From: Aquificaceae bacterium
Lineage (GTDB): Bacteria; Aquificota; Aquificia; Aquificales; Aquificaceae
Direction of reading: 5' to 3'
DNA length: 64,000 nucleotides
Assembly: GCA_025056375.1 (NCBI GenBank)
Contig: JANWWH010000001.1
Location: forward strand, 2,545-66,544
The translations under genes and the position numbers were made by a program. The notes beneath the pieces are model-generated. The model worked only from the letters and a program-made list of their open reading frames with translations, had not been told where the DNA came from and ran no database searches. Below are positions 49,801 to 59,848 of the stretch, piece after piece (the first letter of the stretch is position 1; every line of letters begins with the position of its first letter).

Positions 49801-49981
49801 ACCTTGAAAGATAAAGCTGGCAGGATGGACCTTCTTCAACCTCTGCGTACTCCTCTTCAAAACTTTTGAAGGTCTTAAAATCCACCTCCTCCCCAAGCTC
49901 CTCCTGCAAAGACTTTTTTATCAACTCAAGTTTTTCGGGCTCTATCAAACACTCGCCCACACCTAAAGAAAAAACTATCAT
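46829..49981 (-). CDS. c-di-GMP phosphodiesterase hybrid (solute-binding-like domain-PAS-GAF-PAS-GGDEF-EAL)
   Basis: VAGDEF, GYEALVR, DDFGTGYSS, AEGVE; PAS/PAC motifs; no TM; start placed at MIVFS (TATAAT 6 nt upstream). Confidence 0.9.
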   Translation of the reverse strand: MIVFSLGVGECLIEPEKLELIKKSLQEELGEEVDFKTFKSFEEEYAEVEEGPSCQLYLSRSLVCEKLYHKGYMPVSKPRGKPNRYLLVAKDEVPEEGQILVALPFFKPAGFVLSELDFHRVVFIYTDDFRGVLKLLREGNAHLGVVCYYFWQKLPEEERTLYRVLEDKTLEISHLVMAVEPIAEKVKRALLSSEYFEPADEGDMVKIAEVHSTFERLAKKLSYASIAEALKKDANVAVMIYNDKLVYVNNAFTRLTGYTSEELENIPIGDLVLKLFYGSYAELFLEEIEKRLSGLKFLANYNELAIKTKNGDRAWAIASSETIVFGGKNSGVVFLTDITKKKRFQRLYEILREINYLITHAVEEGELLKSICKVVVDKLGVNFAWVGIYEPRLETIQPIYYYGKNGKYLSMVTARIKRYEPIQDDIVIQAFVENRVQISYSTTRSLMSEHVKESMLSRNYISSCSIPIVKGDKPLYSLNLYSDETNFFQEENREVIEEMKEDIEFALRRLEEIRKNTILGEALKSSHSWVLVTNEDGKIVYVNETVCSLSGYSKEEILGNTLRMFEAGYHGEEFHKTLWNTLRSGEQFRSTFIYRSKDGTVFYLDQTLYPVKLPDGEIMYMAVGRDISKELYLSSEVERLTFVDPATGLLNLEGFKFKVMEKMSSMKQGDMYAFVILDIYNFSFINKNYGIDVGDKLLSLVAQRLREKLPDADTLSRVAGDEFGFLLGPFEEERQIMVNINLLLESFKEPFRLGDVEIITQVNMGVCLISGGRESFGDVYGKADIALKNAKLHGEGAVKFFQEDMDLKARDYQNSTELVYRALKEKLFVFYYQPYFRSKDLSVAGYEALVRIKDREGHIYTPHYFIEYLEGSVLLKDFQRWAFEEVLLAVEKLGKPVTVNVPPRVFEFDTLFEDILKRDIKGRLALEITERALFKLSSKNLELLSLLRTEKGIKILVDDFGTGYSSLSYIVDLPIDIIKVDISFVRKVGTDQKARKLVRSIVELAEVLGLETVAEGVETEEQLAILRDMGVTYLQGFLLCKPLPLEETCR

Positions 49982-50051
49982 GGTTTTATTATAATCCTGC
50001 GGTGCTTCCACAGATAAAAGGTTTATGCCAGCCTATGATTATAATATAAGC

Positions 50052-52799
50052 ATGCGAAATTACGCAGAGACGCTAAACCTTCCAAAGACGGACTTTCCCA
50101 TGAAGGCAAACCTGCCGGAGAGAGAGCCCCAGATACTCAAAAAGTGGCAGGGTCTTTATCAAAGGCTCAGGGAAAGAAACAGAGGAAAACCTCTCTTTGT
50201 CCTCCACGATGGGCCGCCCTATGCCAACGGGCACATCCACATAGGGCATGCCCTCAACAAGGTTCTGAAGGACGTCATAGTTAAATACAGGCTCCTTGCG
50301 GGCTACGATGTGGACTTCGTGCCTGGCTGGGACTGTCACGGACTTCCTATAGAACAGCAGGTGGAGAAGGAGCTAAAGGAAAAAAAGCTTTCAAAGGAAG
50401 CCCTTGGTAAGGTGCAGTTCAGGAAGCTTTGCAGGGAGTATGCCCAGAAGTTCGTGGAGGTTCAGAGAGAGGAGTTTGTTCGTATTGGCGTGCTTGCGGA
50501 CTGGGAAAACCCTTATATAACCATGGACCCTTCCTATCAGGCTCAGGAGATAAGAGAACTGGGTAGGGTCTTTGAGAGGGGTGCGGTCATAAGGAGCAAA
50601 AAGCCCGTCTACTGGTGCATCTACGACAAAACCGCAGAGGCGGAGGCGGAGGTGGAATACTACGAAAAGGAGGACCCGAGCCTATATGTAAAGTTCCCCC
50701 TCAAGGGTTGTGAAAAAACCCACCTCCTCGTGTGGACCACTACCCCTTGGACCCTTCCTGCCAACATGGGCGTTATGGTAGGTGAAGAATACGAGTATGT
50801 CTTTTATAGGATGGGTGAAGAGACCTACGTGGTGGCAAGGGAGCTCCTAGAGAGCCTGAAATCCATCCTTGGCTCTGAAGGTGAGGTTCTTAAGGTGGTC
50901 AAGGGGGCAGAGCTCTTGGGTCTTGAATATTTCTCCCCCTACGGAGGTGTGAGCAAGGTCTATCCCTCGGAGTTTGTGGAGCTCTCCACGGGAACAGGTC
51001 TGGTGCACATGGCACCGGGACACGGGCGGGAGGACTACGCGGTGGGTCTAAGATACGGGCTTGAGCCCTTTGCACCCATTGACGAGGAGGGAAGGTTCAC
51101 AGAAGAGGCGCCGGAGTTCATCAGAGGTAAAAGGGTCTTTGAAGCCAACCCTCTAATAGTGGAGGACCTGAGGAAGAGGGGACTGCTCCTGTGGGAGGGC
51201 AAAGTAAGGCACTCCTACCCCCACTGCTGGAGGTGCAAAAACCCAGTCATCTTTAGGGCAACCCCCCAGTGGTTCATAAGCATGTCCGCAAAGGTGGAGG
51301 ACAAAAGCCTCAGAGATAAAAGCCTGGAGGAGATAGAGAGGGTTCAGTGGATACCACCCTACGGAAAAAACCGCATAAGCTCCATGGTGGAAAACAGACC
51401 AGACTGGTGCATATCAAGGCAAAGGTTCTGGGGCGTGCCCATAACCGTCTTTTATTGCAAAAAATGCGGTCATGTGGTGGCGGATAGAGAAGTGTTTGAA
51501 AGGGTTGCAAAACTTGTGGAGACATCAAAGGAAGGTGCTGACCTCTGGTTTGAAAAGCCTACGGAGGAGCTCTTGCCCGAGGGCTTTAGATGTCCCTCTT
51601 GCGGGTCGGAGGAGTTTACAAGGGAGGAGGACATACTGGACGTGTGGTTTGACTCTGGCTCTTCTCATGCACCAGTGCTCCGAAGAAGGGGTATAGAAAA
51701 GGCAGACCTCTACCTTGAGGGCTCAGACCAGCACAGGGGCTGGTTTCAGGCATCTCTCCTTGAGTCAGTAGCCAGCTACGGAGCCGCGCCCTATGAGGCG
51801 GTGCTAACCCACGGCTTTACGGTGGACGAGCAGGGGCGGAAGATGTCCAAGTCTCTGGGCAATGTGGTCTCACCCCAAGAGGTCATAAGGCAATATGGGG
51901 CGGATATACTCAGGCTCTGGGTAGTTTCGGAGGACTATACGGAGGATGTGAGGCTGGGAAGGGGCATCATCCAGAGGCTGGTGGAGGACTACAAGAAGAT
52001 AAGAAACACCATAAGGTTTTTGCTTGGAAACCTTTATGACTTTAGGATGGAAGACTCACTGCAATACGAAGAGCTCCACCACTTTGACCGCTGGATGCTT
52101 TCTTACCTCCAGAAGTTTCTAAGGGAAGTTCACAAACACTACGAAGGCTACGCCTTTCACAGGGTATATCACCTTGTGAGGAACTTCTGCTCGGTGGAGC
52201 TCTCAAGTCTCTACTTGGACGTGCTAAAGGACAGGTTATACGTCTACGCACCCCACAGCTGGGAAAGGCGGTCTGCCCAGAGCGTTCTTTACAGGCTTGC
52301 GGAGGCTCTCATAACCTCCACCGCCCCCTTCCTTAGCTTCACCGCAGAGGAAGCCTGGGAACATCTAAGAGAAGTAAACCCTGAGCTCCCTGAGAGCGTC
52401 TTCATGCATCACATACCAAAACCAGAAGAAGAGCTCGTCGACGAGAAGCTTTTAGAGGACTATCGCCTACTTTTGAACCTGAGAGAAGTAGTGATGAGGG
52501 CTCTTGAGACCGCCAGAAGAGAAAAGTCCATAAACCACCCCTACGAAGCAAAAATCTTTCTTTGGGGGGAAGGGCTTGAAAGGCTTAGAAATTATGAGGA
52601 CTACCTTAAATACTTCTTTACCGTGAGCGGTGTGGAGTTCGGAGAAGGTGGTAAATACAAACTGGAAGAAGGGAACTTAAAGGTGGGCGTATCTCGTGCG
52701 GATGGTAGGAAGTGTCCCCGATGCTGGCTCTACTATCCGGAGGAGGAGCTCGAAGGAGAGATTTGCAAAAGGTGTGCAGGAGTGCTTCAAAAGGTATAA
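50052..52799 (+). CDS. ileS: Isoleucine-tRNA ligase (type 1)
   Basis: [25 protein letters not shown]-terminal CPRCW zinc finger; start placed at MRNYA. Confidence 0.98.
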   Translation: MRNYAETLNLPKTDFPMKANLPEREPQILKKWQGLYQRLRERNRGKPLFVLHDGPPYANGHIHIGHALNKVLKDVIVKYRLLAGYDVDFVPGWDCHGLPIEQQVEKELKEKKLSKEALGKVQFRKLCREYAQKFVEVQREEFVRIGVLADWENPYITMDPSYQAQEIRELGRVFERGAVIRSKKPVYWCIYDKTAEAEAEVEYYEKEDPSLYVKFPLKGCEKTHLLVWTTTPWTLPANMGVMVGEEYEYVFYRMGEETYVVARELLESLKSILGSEGEVLKVVKGAELLGLEYFSPYGGVSKVYPSEFVELSTGTGLVHMAPGHGREDYAVGLRYGLEPFAPIDEEGRFTEEAPEFIRGKRVFEANPLIVEDLRKRGLLLWEGKVRHSYPHCWRCKNPVIFRATPQWFISMSAKVEDKSLRDKSLEEIERVQWIPPYGKNRISSMVENRPDWCISRQRFWGVPITVFYCKKCGHVVADREVFERVAKLVETSKEGADLWFEKPTEELLPEGFRCPSCGSEEFTREEDILDVWFDSGSSHAPVLRRRGIEKADLYLEGSDQHRGWFQASLLESVASYGAAPYEAVLTHGFTVDEQGRKMSKSLGNVVSPQEVIRQYGADILRLWVVSEDYTEDVRLGRGIIQRLVEDYKKIRNTIRFLLGNLYDFRMEDSLQYEELHHFDRWMLSYLQKFLREVHKHYEGYAFHRVYHLVRNFCSVELSSLYLDVLKDRLYVYAPHSWERRSAQSVLYRLAEALITSTAPFLSFTAEEAWEHLREVNPELPESVFMHHIPKPEEELVDEKLLEDYRLLLNLREVVMRALETARREKSINHPYEAKIFLWGEGLERLRNYEDYLKYFFTVSGVEFGEGGKYKLEEGNLKVGVSRADGRKCPRCWLYYPEEELEGEICKRCAGVLQKV

Positions 52800-52845
52800 A
52801 TTTAACACCTTGTGGAAGAAAGGAAACACCATTTAGGAGGCTGTT

Positions 52846-53847
52846 ATGGTGGAACATAGCATACCCCTTTTAGAACTTCTCAAGGAAGAAGAGGGTCCTA
52901 TACTGGTGGCAAGTCACGAAAACCCGGATGCGGACACGCTGGGCAGTGCCCTTGCCCTCTACCTCTTTCTCAAGAAGAAGGGAAAAAGGGTGGTCGTAGG
53001 ATGTAAGGACAAAGTGCCCCACTTCCTTGACTTTCTTCCGGGTGCGGAGGAGGTCATAAGGCTTCCCGTGGAAGAGGTCTTTAACCTTGCCATCGTAGTG
53101 GACGCCAGCGGTTTTTACAGGGTTAACGCAGAGGTGAAGGCTTTCAAGAAGGTAAGGATTGACCACCACATAGGAGGTGACTTTTACGGAGAACAGGACT
53201 ACATAGATCCGGAGGCACCTTCTACAACCGCACTTATATACCGCCTGCTTTGCGCCTGGGACAGCTCAGCCATAGACGAAGATATAGCCAACAACCTGTA
53301 TGCAGGTCTTGCCACCGATACAGGTTTTTTCAAGTATTCCAACACGAACGCAGAGACCTTCCGCATAGCCAAGGAGCTCGTGGAGCTTGGCGCAAAGCCC
53401 CACTGGACTTATGTGAACTTTGCGGAGCGGGAGAGTATTAACAAGATGAAGCTCATATCCAAAGTCCTTGAAACCCTTACCCTTCATGAGGAGGGGCTGG
53501 TAGCTGGCATAATCATCCTTGACCGGTTTTTCAGAGAAACGGGGTGCGAGTATGCGGACAGCGAGGGGCTTGTGAATTACCCCAGGTCTATTGAAGGCGT
53601 GGAAGTAGCCTACGCCCTCATAGAGAACCGAGAGGAGGGGCTGTGGAAGGTATCTCTCCGTTCAAAGGGTAGAGTGGATGTGGCAAAGATAGCCCAGTCT
53701 CTTGGTGGTGGTGGTCACAAATACGCCTCTGGATGCAAAATAAGGGCGGAAGACTACAGGGGAGCTCTGGATGAGCTCTTGAGTGCCGTGAGGGAAGGGC
53801 TATACGTAGAAGGCTTAATAAAGCAGGCTGTAAGCCAGACCGCCTAA
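52846..53847 (+). CDS. DHH/DHHA1 phosphoesterase (NrnA-like)
   Basis: HENPDAD, IDHH, TDTG, GGGH. Confidence 0.92.
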   Translation: MVEHSIPLLELLKEEEGPILVASHENPDADTLGSALALYLFLKKKGKRVVVGCKDKVPHFLDFLPGAEEVIRLPVEEVFNLAIVVDASGFYRVNAEVKAFKKVRIDHHIGGDFYGEQDYIDPEAPSTTALIYRLLCAWDSSAIDEDIANNLYAGLATDTGFFKYSNTNAETFRIAKELVELGAKPHWTYVNFAERESINKMKLISKVLETLTLHEEGLVAGIIILDRFFRETGCEYADSEGLVNYPRSIEGVEVAYALIENREEGLWKVSLRSKGRVDVAKIAQSLGGGGHKYASGCKIRAEDYRGALDELLSAVREGLYVEGLIKQAVSQTA

Positions 53848-54534
53848 GTGTTCTCTAAGGGCTTTGTAGCTGTCGTTTAGGACACCCATGCTGGGTATGA
53901 GGCTGTAGAGGTTATAGCGTCTGTCCTGTTTAAAGTCTGTGGGGTAGGGGACAACCTCCAGCCCAGCCCTTCTGAAGGTATCCGCCGCCCTGGGCATGTG
54001 GTAGGCGGAGGTTACCAGAGCAAGCCTTCTAAAAGACCTTTCTCTACATATCTCTTTTACATACATGGCATTTTCGTAAGTATCTCTGCTACGGACCTCG
54101 GTGATGATGGTTTTTCTGTCCACGCCCAGCTCCTCAAGGACTTGTTTCATCACCTCCGCCTCAGGAAGACTGCCGAGGCTTGCACCCCCAGAAAGGATTA
54201 TAGGCAAACCGTGCTTTTTGTGAAGAAGGAAGCTAGTGAGCAGTCTCTTCATGGAGTCCTCTTTCAGGATGCCCGTTCTGTATGAACCCCCGCCCAGCAC
54301 CACTATGGCGTCCACCTCAAGCTGTTGAGGCACTGGATGAGCCTTTTCCAGAGGTCTGTAAAGCATGTCCTTTACAGGTTCTACGGAGAGCATGTAGAGG
54401 GCAAGAGCACCACACAGCGACAGAAGGCTTACAACCCTCCTCTTTGAGAGGATTGCTAAAAGCAAGAAAAGAAGTATGAAAAGGGTAGGAGGAAGTAGAA
54501 GAAAACCGAAGAGCTTCTTTAGGAAAAAACTCAT
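53815..54534 (-). CDS. YdcF/DUF218 (ElyC-like) protein
   Basis: IVVLGGG, SRDTYENA, VTSAYHMPRA. Confidence 0.9.
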   Translation of the reverse strand: MSFFLKKLFGFLLLPPTLFILLFLLLAILSKRRVVSLLSLCGALALYMLSVEPVKDMLYRPLEKAHPVPQQLEVDAIVVLGGGSYRTGILKEDSMKRLLTSFLLHKKHGLPIILSGGASLGSLPEAEVMKQVLEELGVDRKTIITEVRSRDTYENAMYVKEICRERSFRRLALVTSAYHMPRAADTFRRAGLEVVPYPTDFKQDRRYNLYSLIPSMGVLNDSYKALREHLGGLAYSLLY

Positions 54535-54926
54535 CTTCTCTTTCTCACACCTATAAGTAGGCTCTCTACGCCTTTCCTCTTACCCAGGTCCATGAGCTCA
54601 ACCACGAACTTATGGGGTGCGTCCTCTTCCGCCTCCAACACTAAGGTTTTTGGCTTCTTCTCCTCCAGAAGTCTTTCCAGCTCTTGGAGGCTTACCTCCT
54701 TTCCACCCATCTCATACCTTCCCTCTTTAAATACCTGAACTCTGAACACCTCGAGGGTTAGCTTTTCCCCTTCCTTTGCAAAGGGCAGTTTGACCGTCAG
54801 AAAGGTTATGGGGGATTGGAAGGCAAGCAGGGCAAGAAAGAGAAAGACTGCAAGGAGGGTGTCCACGAGTGGCACCACATCTATGTAAGCCCTTTCGTCG
54901 TAGCTGAGCCTCCTCCTTCTTCTCAT
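54531..54926 (-). CDS. exbD: ExbD/TolR family protein
   Basis: IDVVPLVDTLL, VKLP. Confidence 0.88.
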   Translation of the reverse strand: MRRRRRLSYDERAYIDVVPLVDTLLAVFLFLALLAFQSPITFLTVKLPFAKEGEKLTLEVFRVQVFKEGRYEMGGKEVSLQELERLLEEKKPKTLVLEAEEDAPHKFVVELMDLGKRKGVESLLIGVRKRR

Positions 54927-55537
54927 CGCAGAACCCTTATGACTTCAAAGACCTCCTCCTCTATCTTGCTTAGAATGCCGTTGCCCCATATCCTGAAGAG
55001 CCAGTAAGCCAGCAGGGCTGGTATGGCAACCGCAAGACCTGTGGCCGCTGCCACCAGAGCCTCACTTATGCCCTTTGAGAGCAAGACCATAGCCTGCTCC
55101 GGGTTTGCCACGGCAAAGGCGGAGAAGACCTTTATGAGCCCTGTTATGGTGCCGAAGAGCCCTATGAGGGGTGCGGTGCTGGCAACGGTAGAGAGAAGAG
55201 CCAAGTTCTTTTCCAGCCGAGGCACGAGCATAGAGATTTCAAGGTCCAGATTTTTCAGCATGTCTTCCTTGCTGAGCTTTCCCTCTCTGTAGCCTTCGAG
55301 TAGTTCTCTCAACACTACCCCCATGTGGGAGTTGTCTGTGGAGAGGAGCTTTATAGCCCCCTCCAAGTCCTTACCCGCCAGTAGGGGTTTTAGCTCCCTT
55401 AAAGACCTGCTCCTGTAGCTTGAGCTTCTCAGGTTCATTACCCTCTCCACTATAACCGCCCAAGAAAGGAGCGATAGGAGGAGTAAGGGATACATGGCAA
55501 GCCCACCCTTCTGTAAGAGTTCAAACAAACCTTCCAT
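54923..55537 (-). CDS. exbB: MotA/TolQ/ExbB proton channel
   Basis: APLIGLFGTI, GISEALVAAATGL. Confidence 0.9.
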   Translation of the reverse strand: MEGLFELLQKGGLAMYPLLLLSLLSWAVIVERVMNLRSSSYRSRSLRELKPLLAGKDLEGAIKLLSTDNSHMGVVLRELLEGYREGKLSKEDMLKNLDLEISMLVPRLEKNLALLSTVASTAPLIGLFGTITGLIKVFSAFAVANPEQAMVLLSKGISEALVAAATGLAVAIPALLAYWLFRIWGNGILSKIEEEVFEVIRVLR

Positions 55538-55538
55538 C

Positions 55539-58079
55539 TTACCTTACCTCACACTTGGGTAATCCTTGCTTTAGGGCGTTGTGCAGGCTTATGTCCTCAG
55601 GCTCCGCCCTGCTTAGGTCAAACCTGTCCAGCATACAGCTTGCGTCCCTTCTTGCCCCCATCTCAAGGAGTATTTTAGCACCCTCCAGAACCGCCTTGTT
55701 ATGATAGGGCTCTCCCCTGTAGTTCATCGATACTTCCACCATCTTCTCAAGAGCTCTTCTCTTTTCACCCTTTTTTATCCACTCTCGCCCCTGCAAGTAT
55801 ACAGCCTGCCCTCTAAGGTTTCTATCCGGGCTATTCGAGAGGTATTCCAACAAAGAGGTCTCATCCGTCTGCCTGTATAGGTCCAGGAGGTATCTCTCAA
55901 ACTCCTGGTCTCTATGCCCCGTCTTCATGAGTTCACCCGCCACCGCAAGGGCAGAGCGAAAGTCCTTTATGCTCATGTATAAACCCACCGCCTTGACCTT
56001 ATCCTGCTTGCTACCCTCCGCAAGTAGGTCCGCAAGGCTCTTTGTATCCCTTGCAAGAGTGTAAATCTTTATCAGCTCCTCTCTCGCCCTGTTCCTTTCC
56101 TCTTCTCCTTCCGCCTCCTTATAAACCTTGTAAAGGAGCACGAGCCTTTTAGAGGCTTCTTCCTCCAGCTCCGCCAGTTTAAGTATGGCTTTAAACTTGA
56201 GAGGGGTATCAAGGAGCTTCAGGAACTGCCTCTCCGCCTCCTTCCTGTTGCCCTTTCTTGCTTGCAGGCTTGCATACTGGTAGAGGATTTCGGGAGAAGG
56301 GCTCTTCTCCTTTGCCATGTAGTCCAGAAGGAGCTTTTCCATCTCTTCCTCGCCTATCTCCTTACCGCCAAAATCTAAAAGGGCAAGGGTTGCCTGCTTT
56401 GCCTCCTCGCTGTCGGGGAACCTGCGTAGAACCTGATAGTAGCTTTCCTTTGCCCTGGCAAGGTTTCCCATGTTATAGTAACTGTCGCCCGCTCTCAGAA
56501 GTGCCCGTGCCACGAGGGGACTTTCCCCAGAGACCCTTTCAAAGAAAGAAAGAGCCTTTGAATAGTTACCCTCCAGAAAGTAGGAAAGACCCAGGAGGTA
56601 GAGCTCTTCTCCTGACCTATCTGTCAGGAAGCTTCTGGCAAGTCCCGGCTCACCCAACATGAGAGCGGACCTCGCCTTTAAAAGGTTTGACCTCTGGTCC
56701 CCTCTACCTTGTAGTGTGCTTATCACTTCTTTGTATCTCCTAAGGTTGTAGAGGGCTATGGACCTGTAGTAGGGGTCTTCAAAGAAGTTAAGGGCTTCCA
56801 GCCAGTTTCCCTTCCTGAACCTTTCCCAGCCAGAGTATTCTTTATGGATTTCTGGGAAAGCCTTTGCGGTTTCCAAAAGCACGCCGGACAGGTCCTCGCC
56901 TGACCAGTAGAGGGCTTCAAGAAGCCATAGGTAATCCTCTTTGTCCTTTGCCTTTTTTTCCTTCAGGAGCTGTATAACCCTTTTGTAATCTCCCATCTTT
57001 ACTGCGGAGTAAACCCCATACCTGAGGTTTCCTGCCTCCAGAAAGTTGCGGTAAGCGAGGGCATAGTCTCCCGAGTTGTAGGCTATTACGCCCGCCTTTT
57101 CCAGAAAGCGCGTGTCCTTTGTCAAAGAGTAAGCGAGCCTCGAAAGGTATAGGTCCTTCTCCGATAGGTAGGCGTATAGCTCGCCGGCTAAACGAGGGCT
57201 CATAGTCTCCAGTATGCTTGCATATTTTAGGGCTTGTTCTCCTCTACCCTCCTTGTATTCGATGAGCGCAAGGTAGTAAAGGGCTACTTCTCTGTAAGGC
57301 TTGCCTGGTGTTGAGTAAAGAAGAAAAACTTCTTTTGCCTTCCTGAAATCCTCCTTAAAGTAGTGTATGACCCCTGACCTAAGGAGGGTGCTATCTCTGT
57401 AGAGGAGGTTTTCCTTACCCTCTACAAAGTTGGAGACGTAGAGGCAGTATTGAGAGAAGACTGCGTTCTCACAGAGGGGCTTTACCTCTCTACCTTCCTT
57501 CAGGGCTTTTACCGCTTGCCATAGACCGTCCTGGTTTTCAGGAAGAGAGTTTCTAAGAGTGAAATGAAGGGCGTAGAAGGCTTCGCAGGCGGCTTTCTGA
57601 TACATGTGAGAGAAGCCGCAAGAGCTCCTGAAAAGCTCCAGAGCTCTCTCCCCTTCCTTTTTTGAATAGGCTATTATGCCCAGCACATACTCCGCCATAG
57701 GCTTGAAAGGTGAGTTGGGCAGGAGCAAAACCTTGCCAAGCTCTTCCTGCGCAAGCTCGTATCTTCCCCTAAGATAGTGTTCTACGCCCAACCTGTAGGC
57801 GAGGGCGTCCTTTGGCTCTCCACAGCTCACCCCACCTCCCTTCTCTAAGGGCTTTACCTGAGCAAACTCCATACCCTTGGGTGCCTCAAGGAGCATAGGA
57901 GTAAGGTTAAGCTCCCTTGCGGGTGATAGAGGAAGGCTGGTAGGTGGGCTCAGCTTTGGTTTTTCTTCGTAGAGCCTTCCCGTGAGCTCCACTTTCACGT
58001 CAAACTCGCGGGTTATCTGCTGAGAGAAGGCAAGGGTTAGCAAGAGGAAAAGACTAAAGAGCTTTGTGAGCTTCCACAT
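55539..58079 (-). CDS. Exported tetratricopeptide-repeat protein
   Basis: Signal peptide (LAFS/QQ), Pro-rich N-terminus, many TPR-like repeats (ALLRAGDSYY...YYQVLRRFPDS). Confidence 0.85.
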   Translation of the reverse strand: MWKLTKLFSLFLLLTLAFSQQITREFDVKVELTGRLYEEKPKLSPPTSLPLSPARELNLTPMLLEAPKGMEFAQVKPLEKGGGVSCGEPKDALAYRLGVEHYLRGRYELAQEELGKVLLLPNSPFKPMAEYVLGIIAYSKKEGERALELFRSSCGFSHMYQKAACEAFYALHFTLRNSLPENQDGLWQAVKALKEGREVKPLCENAVFSQYCLYVSNFVEGKENLLYRDSTLLRSGVIHYFKEDFRKAKEVFLLYSTPGKPYREVALYYLALIEYKEGRGEQALKYASILETMSPRLAGELYAYLSEKDLYLSRLAYSLTKDTRFLEKAGVIAYNSGDYALAYRNFLEAGNLRYGVYSAVKMGDYKRVIQLLKEKKAKDKEDYLWLLEALYWSGEDLSGVLLETAKAFPEIHKEYSGWERFRKGNWLEALNFFEDPYYRSIALYNLRRYKEVISTLQGRGDQRSNLLKARSALMLGEPGLARSFLTDRSGEELYLLGLSYFLEGNYSKALSFFERVSGESPLVARALLRAGDSYYNMGNLARAKESYYQVLRRFPDSEEAKQATLALLDFGGKEIGEEEMEKLLLDYMAKEKSPSPEILYQYASLQARKGNRKEAERQFLKLLDTPLKFKAILKLAELEEEASKRLVLLYKVYKEAEGEEERNRAREELIKIYTLARDTKSLADLLAEGSKQDKVKAVGLYMSIKDFRSALAVAGELMKTGHRDQEFERYLLDLYRQTDETSLLEYLSNSPDRNLRGQAVYLQGREWIKKGEKRRALEKMVEVSMNYRGEPYHNKAVLEGAKILLEMGARRDASCMLDRFDLSRAEPEDISLHNALKQGLPKCEVR

Positions 58080-58689
58080 AGAGGTCCCCCAAGTGGCAGG
58101 TGATGTTCAGTCTTATTATAACATTCCTGTCTCCTTCCATGTGGACCAGGGAGTAGCTTGCGTTATCACAGCCGAAGGACCAAAACTTTGAAAGGTCCAC
58201 TTTGAGGAGGCTACAGAACATAGCTCTTATGGGCACCGTGTGAGACACCACTGCCACCGATTGCCCCCAGTGTTTCTCCTTTACCTCCTCCAGAAAGCTA
58301 CTTACCCTCTCGTAAACCTGCAGTAGGCTTTCGCCCCCCTCAAAGCTAACCCTATGAGGCTCTTCAAGCCATTGTTTGAACTGCTCAGGGAACTTCCTTT
58401 GCACCTCTTCCACCAGTAGCCCCGACCAGACCCCATGGTCTATCTCCAAAACCCTTGTCTCCTGCAGGACTTCCAGCCCCCTGACCCTTGCCACCTGTAG
58501 GGCGGTATCCTTCGTCCTTTTGAGGGGTGAGGAGTATATAACATCCAGCTCCACGCTTTTGAAGTATTCGCCGAGTCTTCTTGCCTGCTCCACTCCCCTG
58601 TCTGAGAGCTCTGGGTCAAGTAAACCTTGATACCTACCTATTGGGTTCCACTGGCTCTCCGCGTGTCTTATTATATAGAGCTTTACCAT
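58054..58689 (-). CDS. pspA: Metal-independent phosphoserine phosphatase (histidine phosphatase family)
   Basis: RHAESQWN, SSPLKR, EIDHG, VSH; C-terminus NITCHLG..YVEAHKA as recalled for Hydrogenobacter PspA. Confidence 0.88.
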   Translation of the reverse strand: MVKLYIIRHAESQWNPIGRYQGLLDPELSDRGVEQARRLGEYFKSVELDVIYSSPLKRTKDTALQVARVRGLEVLQETRVLEIDHGVWSGLLVEEVQRKFPEQFKQWLEEPHRVSFEGGESLLQVYERVSSFLEEVKEKHWGQSVAVVSHTVPIRAMFCSLLKVDLSKFWSFGCDNASYSLVHMEGDRNVIIRLNITCHLGDLYVEAHKAL

Positions 58690-59807
58690 AGTTCTCTTTC
58701 CATGAGGGTTCTGGTGTAGGCTTTTACTCCTTCACCTAAGTTTACATCAAAGCCTAGCCTTTTTAAGGTTACCTCCACCATACCTACGAGCATAAGACCG
58801 TCCTTCGGGTCCATACCCATGTGAGATATGCGGAATATCCTACCTTTAAGTTCATCCTGACCACCCGCCACCCTGATACCAAGCCTTAGGAGCTCTCTTC
58901 TTATATCCTCGGACCTTTCTGAGCTTATGGCGCTCACCGAGATACTGGGTATATGAGCAAACCTTTTTAGCCCAAGCACTTCCATAGCCCTTAAAGTCCC
59001 CTCCGATATTGCCCTGTGTCTCTTTTCCACACTTTCCATGCCCTCCTCCAAGAGCATTTGGAGAGATTCCTTCATGGCAAGTATAAGGCTTATGGCGGGC
59101 GTCCAGGCGGTCTGACCTTCCCTCTGCTTTGAAAGCTCTTTCTTGAGGCTGAAGTAGAAGGCTCTGTCCACAAGCCTCTTCTCCGCCTTTTCTGAAAACC
59201 ACAGCGTAGAGAGACCCGGCGGAAGCAAAAAGCCCTTTTGAGAGCCACCTACCACCACATCAAGAGCCCAGAGAGCAGGCTTTATGTAGTATACGCCCAG
59301 AGCGGTTATGGCATCCGCCACACACAGGACATCAAACTCCTTGCAGACATTTCCTATGTCCTCCGCAGGATGGTAGGCACCAGTAGAAGTCTCCGATATC
59401 TGGAAGAGGACCCCCCTACAGTCAGGGTTTTCCCTCAGGAGCTCTCTTATCCTCTGAGGGTCTGCAGACTTGCCCCACTCCACCTCGTATGCTAAAGGTT
59501 TTAAACCCCAGTGATGTGCCAGCTTGAGCCACCTTTCACCAAACTTTCCCCCTTTTACCACGAGGACCTTCTCGCCCTCTCTGAAGAAGTTAAGAACCGC
59601 AGATTCCATCGCCCCAGTGCCAGATGCGGTGAAGAAGACAAAGTTCTCCGATGGGTCGTCCATCAGTCTTTTAAAGAGCTCTCTAAGCTCGAGGAAAGCC
59701 CTTCTAAACTCTTCGGTTCGGTGGTGGATAATCTGCCTTCCAAGGCTTTCTCTTACCCTCTCCGGGAGTTCTACAGGACCTGGGGTGAAGATTCTTTCCT
59801 GACGCAT
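58683..59807 (-). CDS. Class V PLP aminotransferase (phosphoserine / serine-glyoxylate aminotransferase type)
   Basis: FTPGP, SGTGAME, ETSTG, GGSQKG; directly upstream of pspA. Confidence 0.88.
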   Translation of the reverse strand: MRQERIFTPGPVELPERVRESLGRQIIHHRTEEFRRAFLELRELFKRLMDDPSENFVFFTASGTGAMESAVLNFFREGEKVLVVKGGKFGERWLKLAHHWGLKPLAYEVEWGKSADPQRIRELLRENPDCRGVLFQISETSTGAYHPAEDIGNVCKEFDVLCVADAITALGVYYIKPALWALDVVVGGSQKGFLLPPGLSTLWFSEKAEKRLVDRAFYFSLKKELSKQREGQTAWTPAISLILAMKESLQMLLEEGMESVEKRHRAISEGTLRAMEVLGLKRFAHIPSISVSAISSERSEDIRRELLRLGIRVAGGQDELKGRIFRISHMGMDPKDGLMLVGMVEVTLKRLGFDVNLGEGVKAYTRTLMERELW

Positions 59808-59848
59808 GGTGGAATATTTTATCCTCTAAAGTCCTTCGCTTGCACTAC

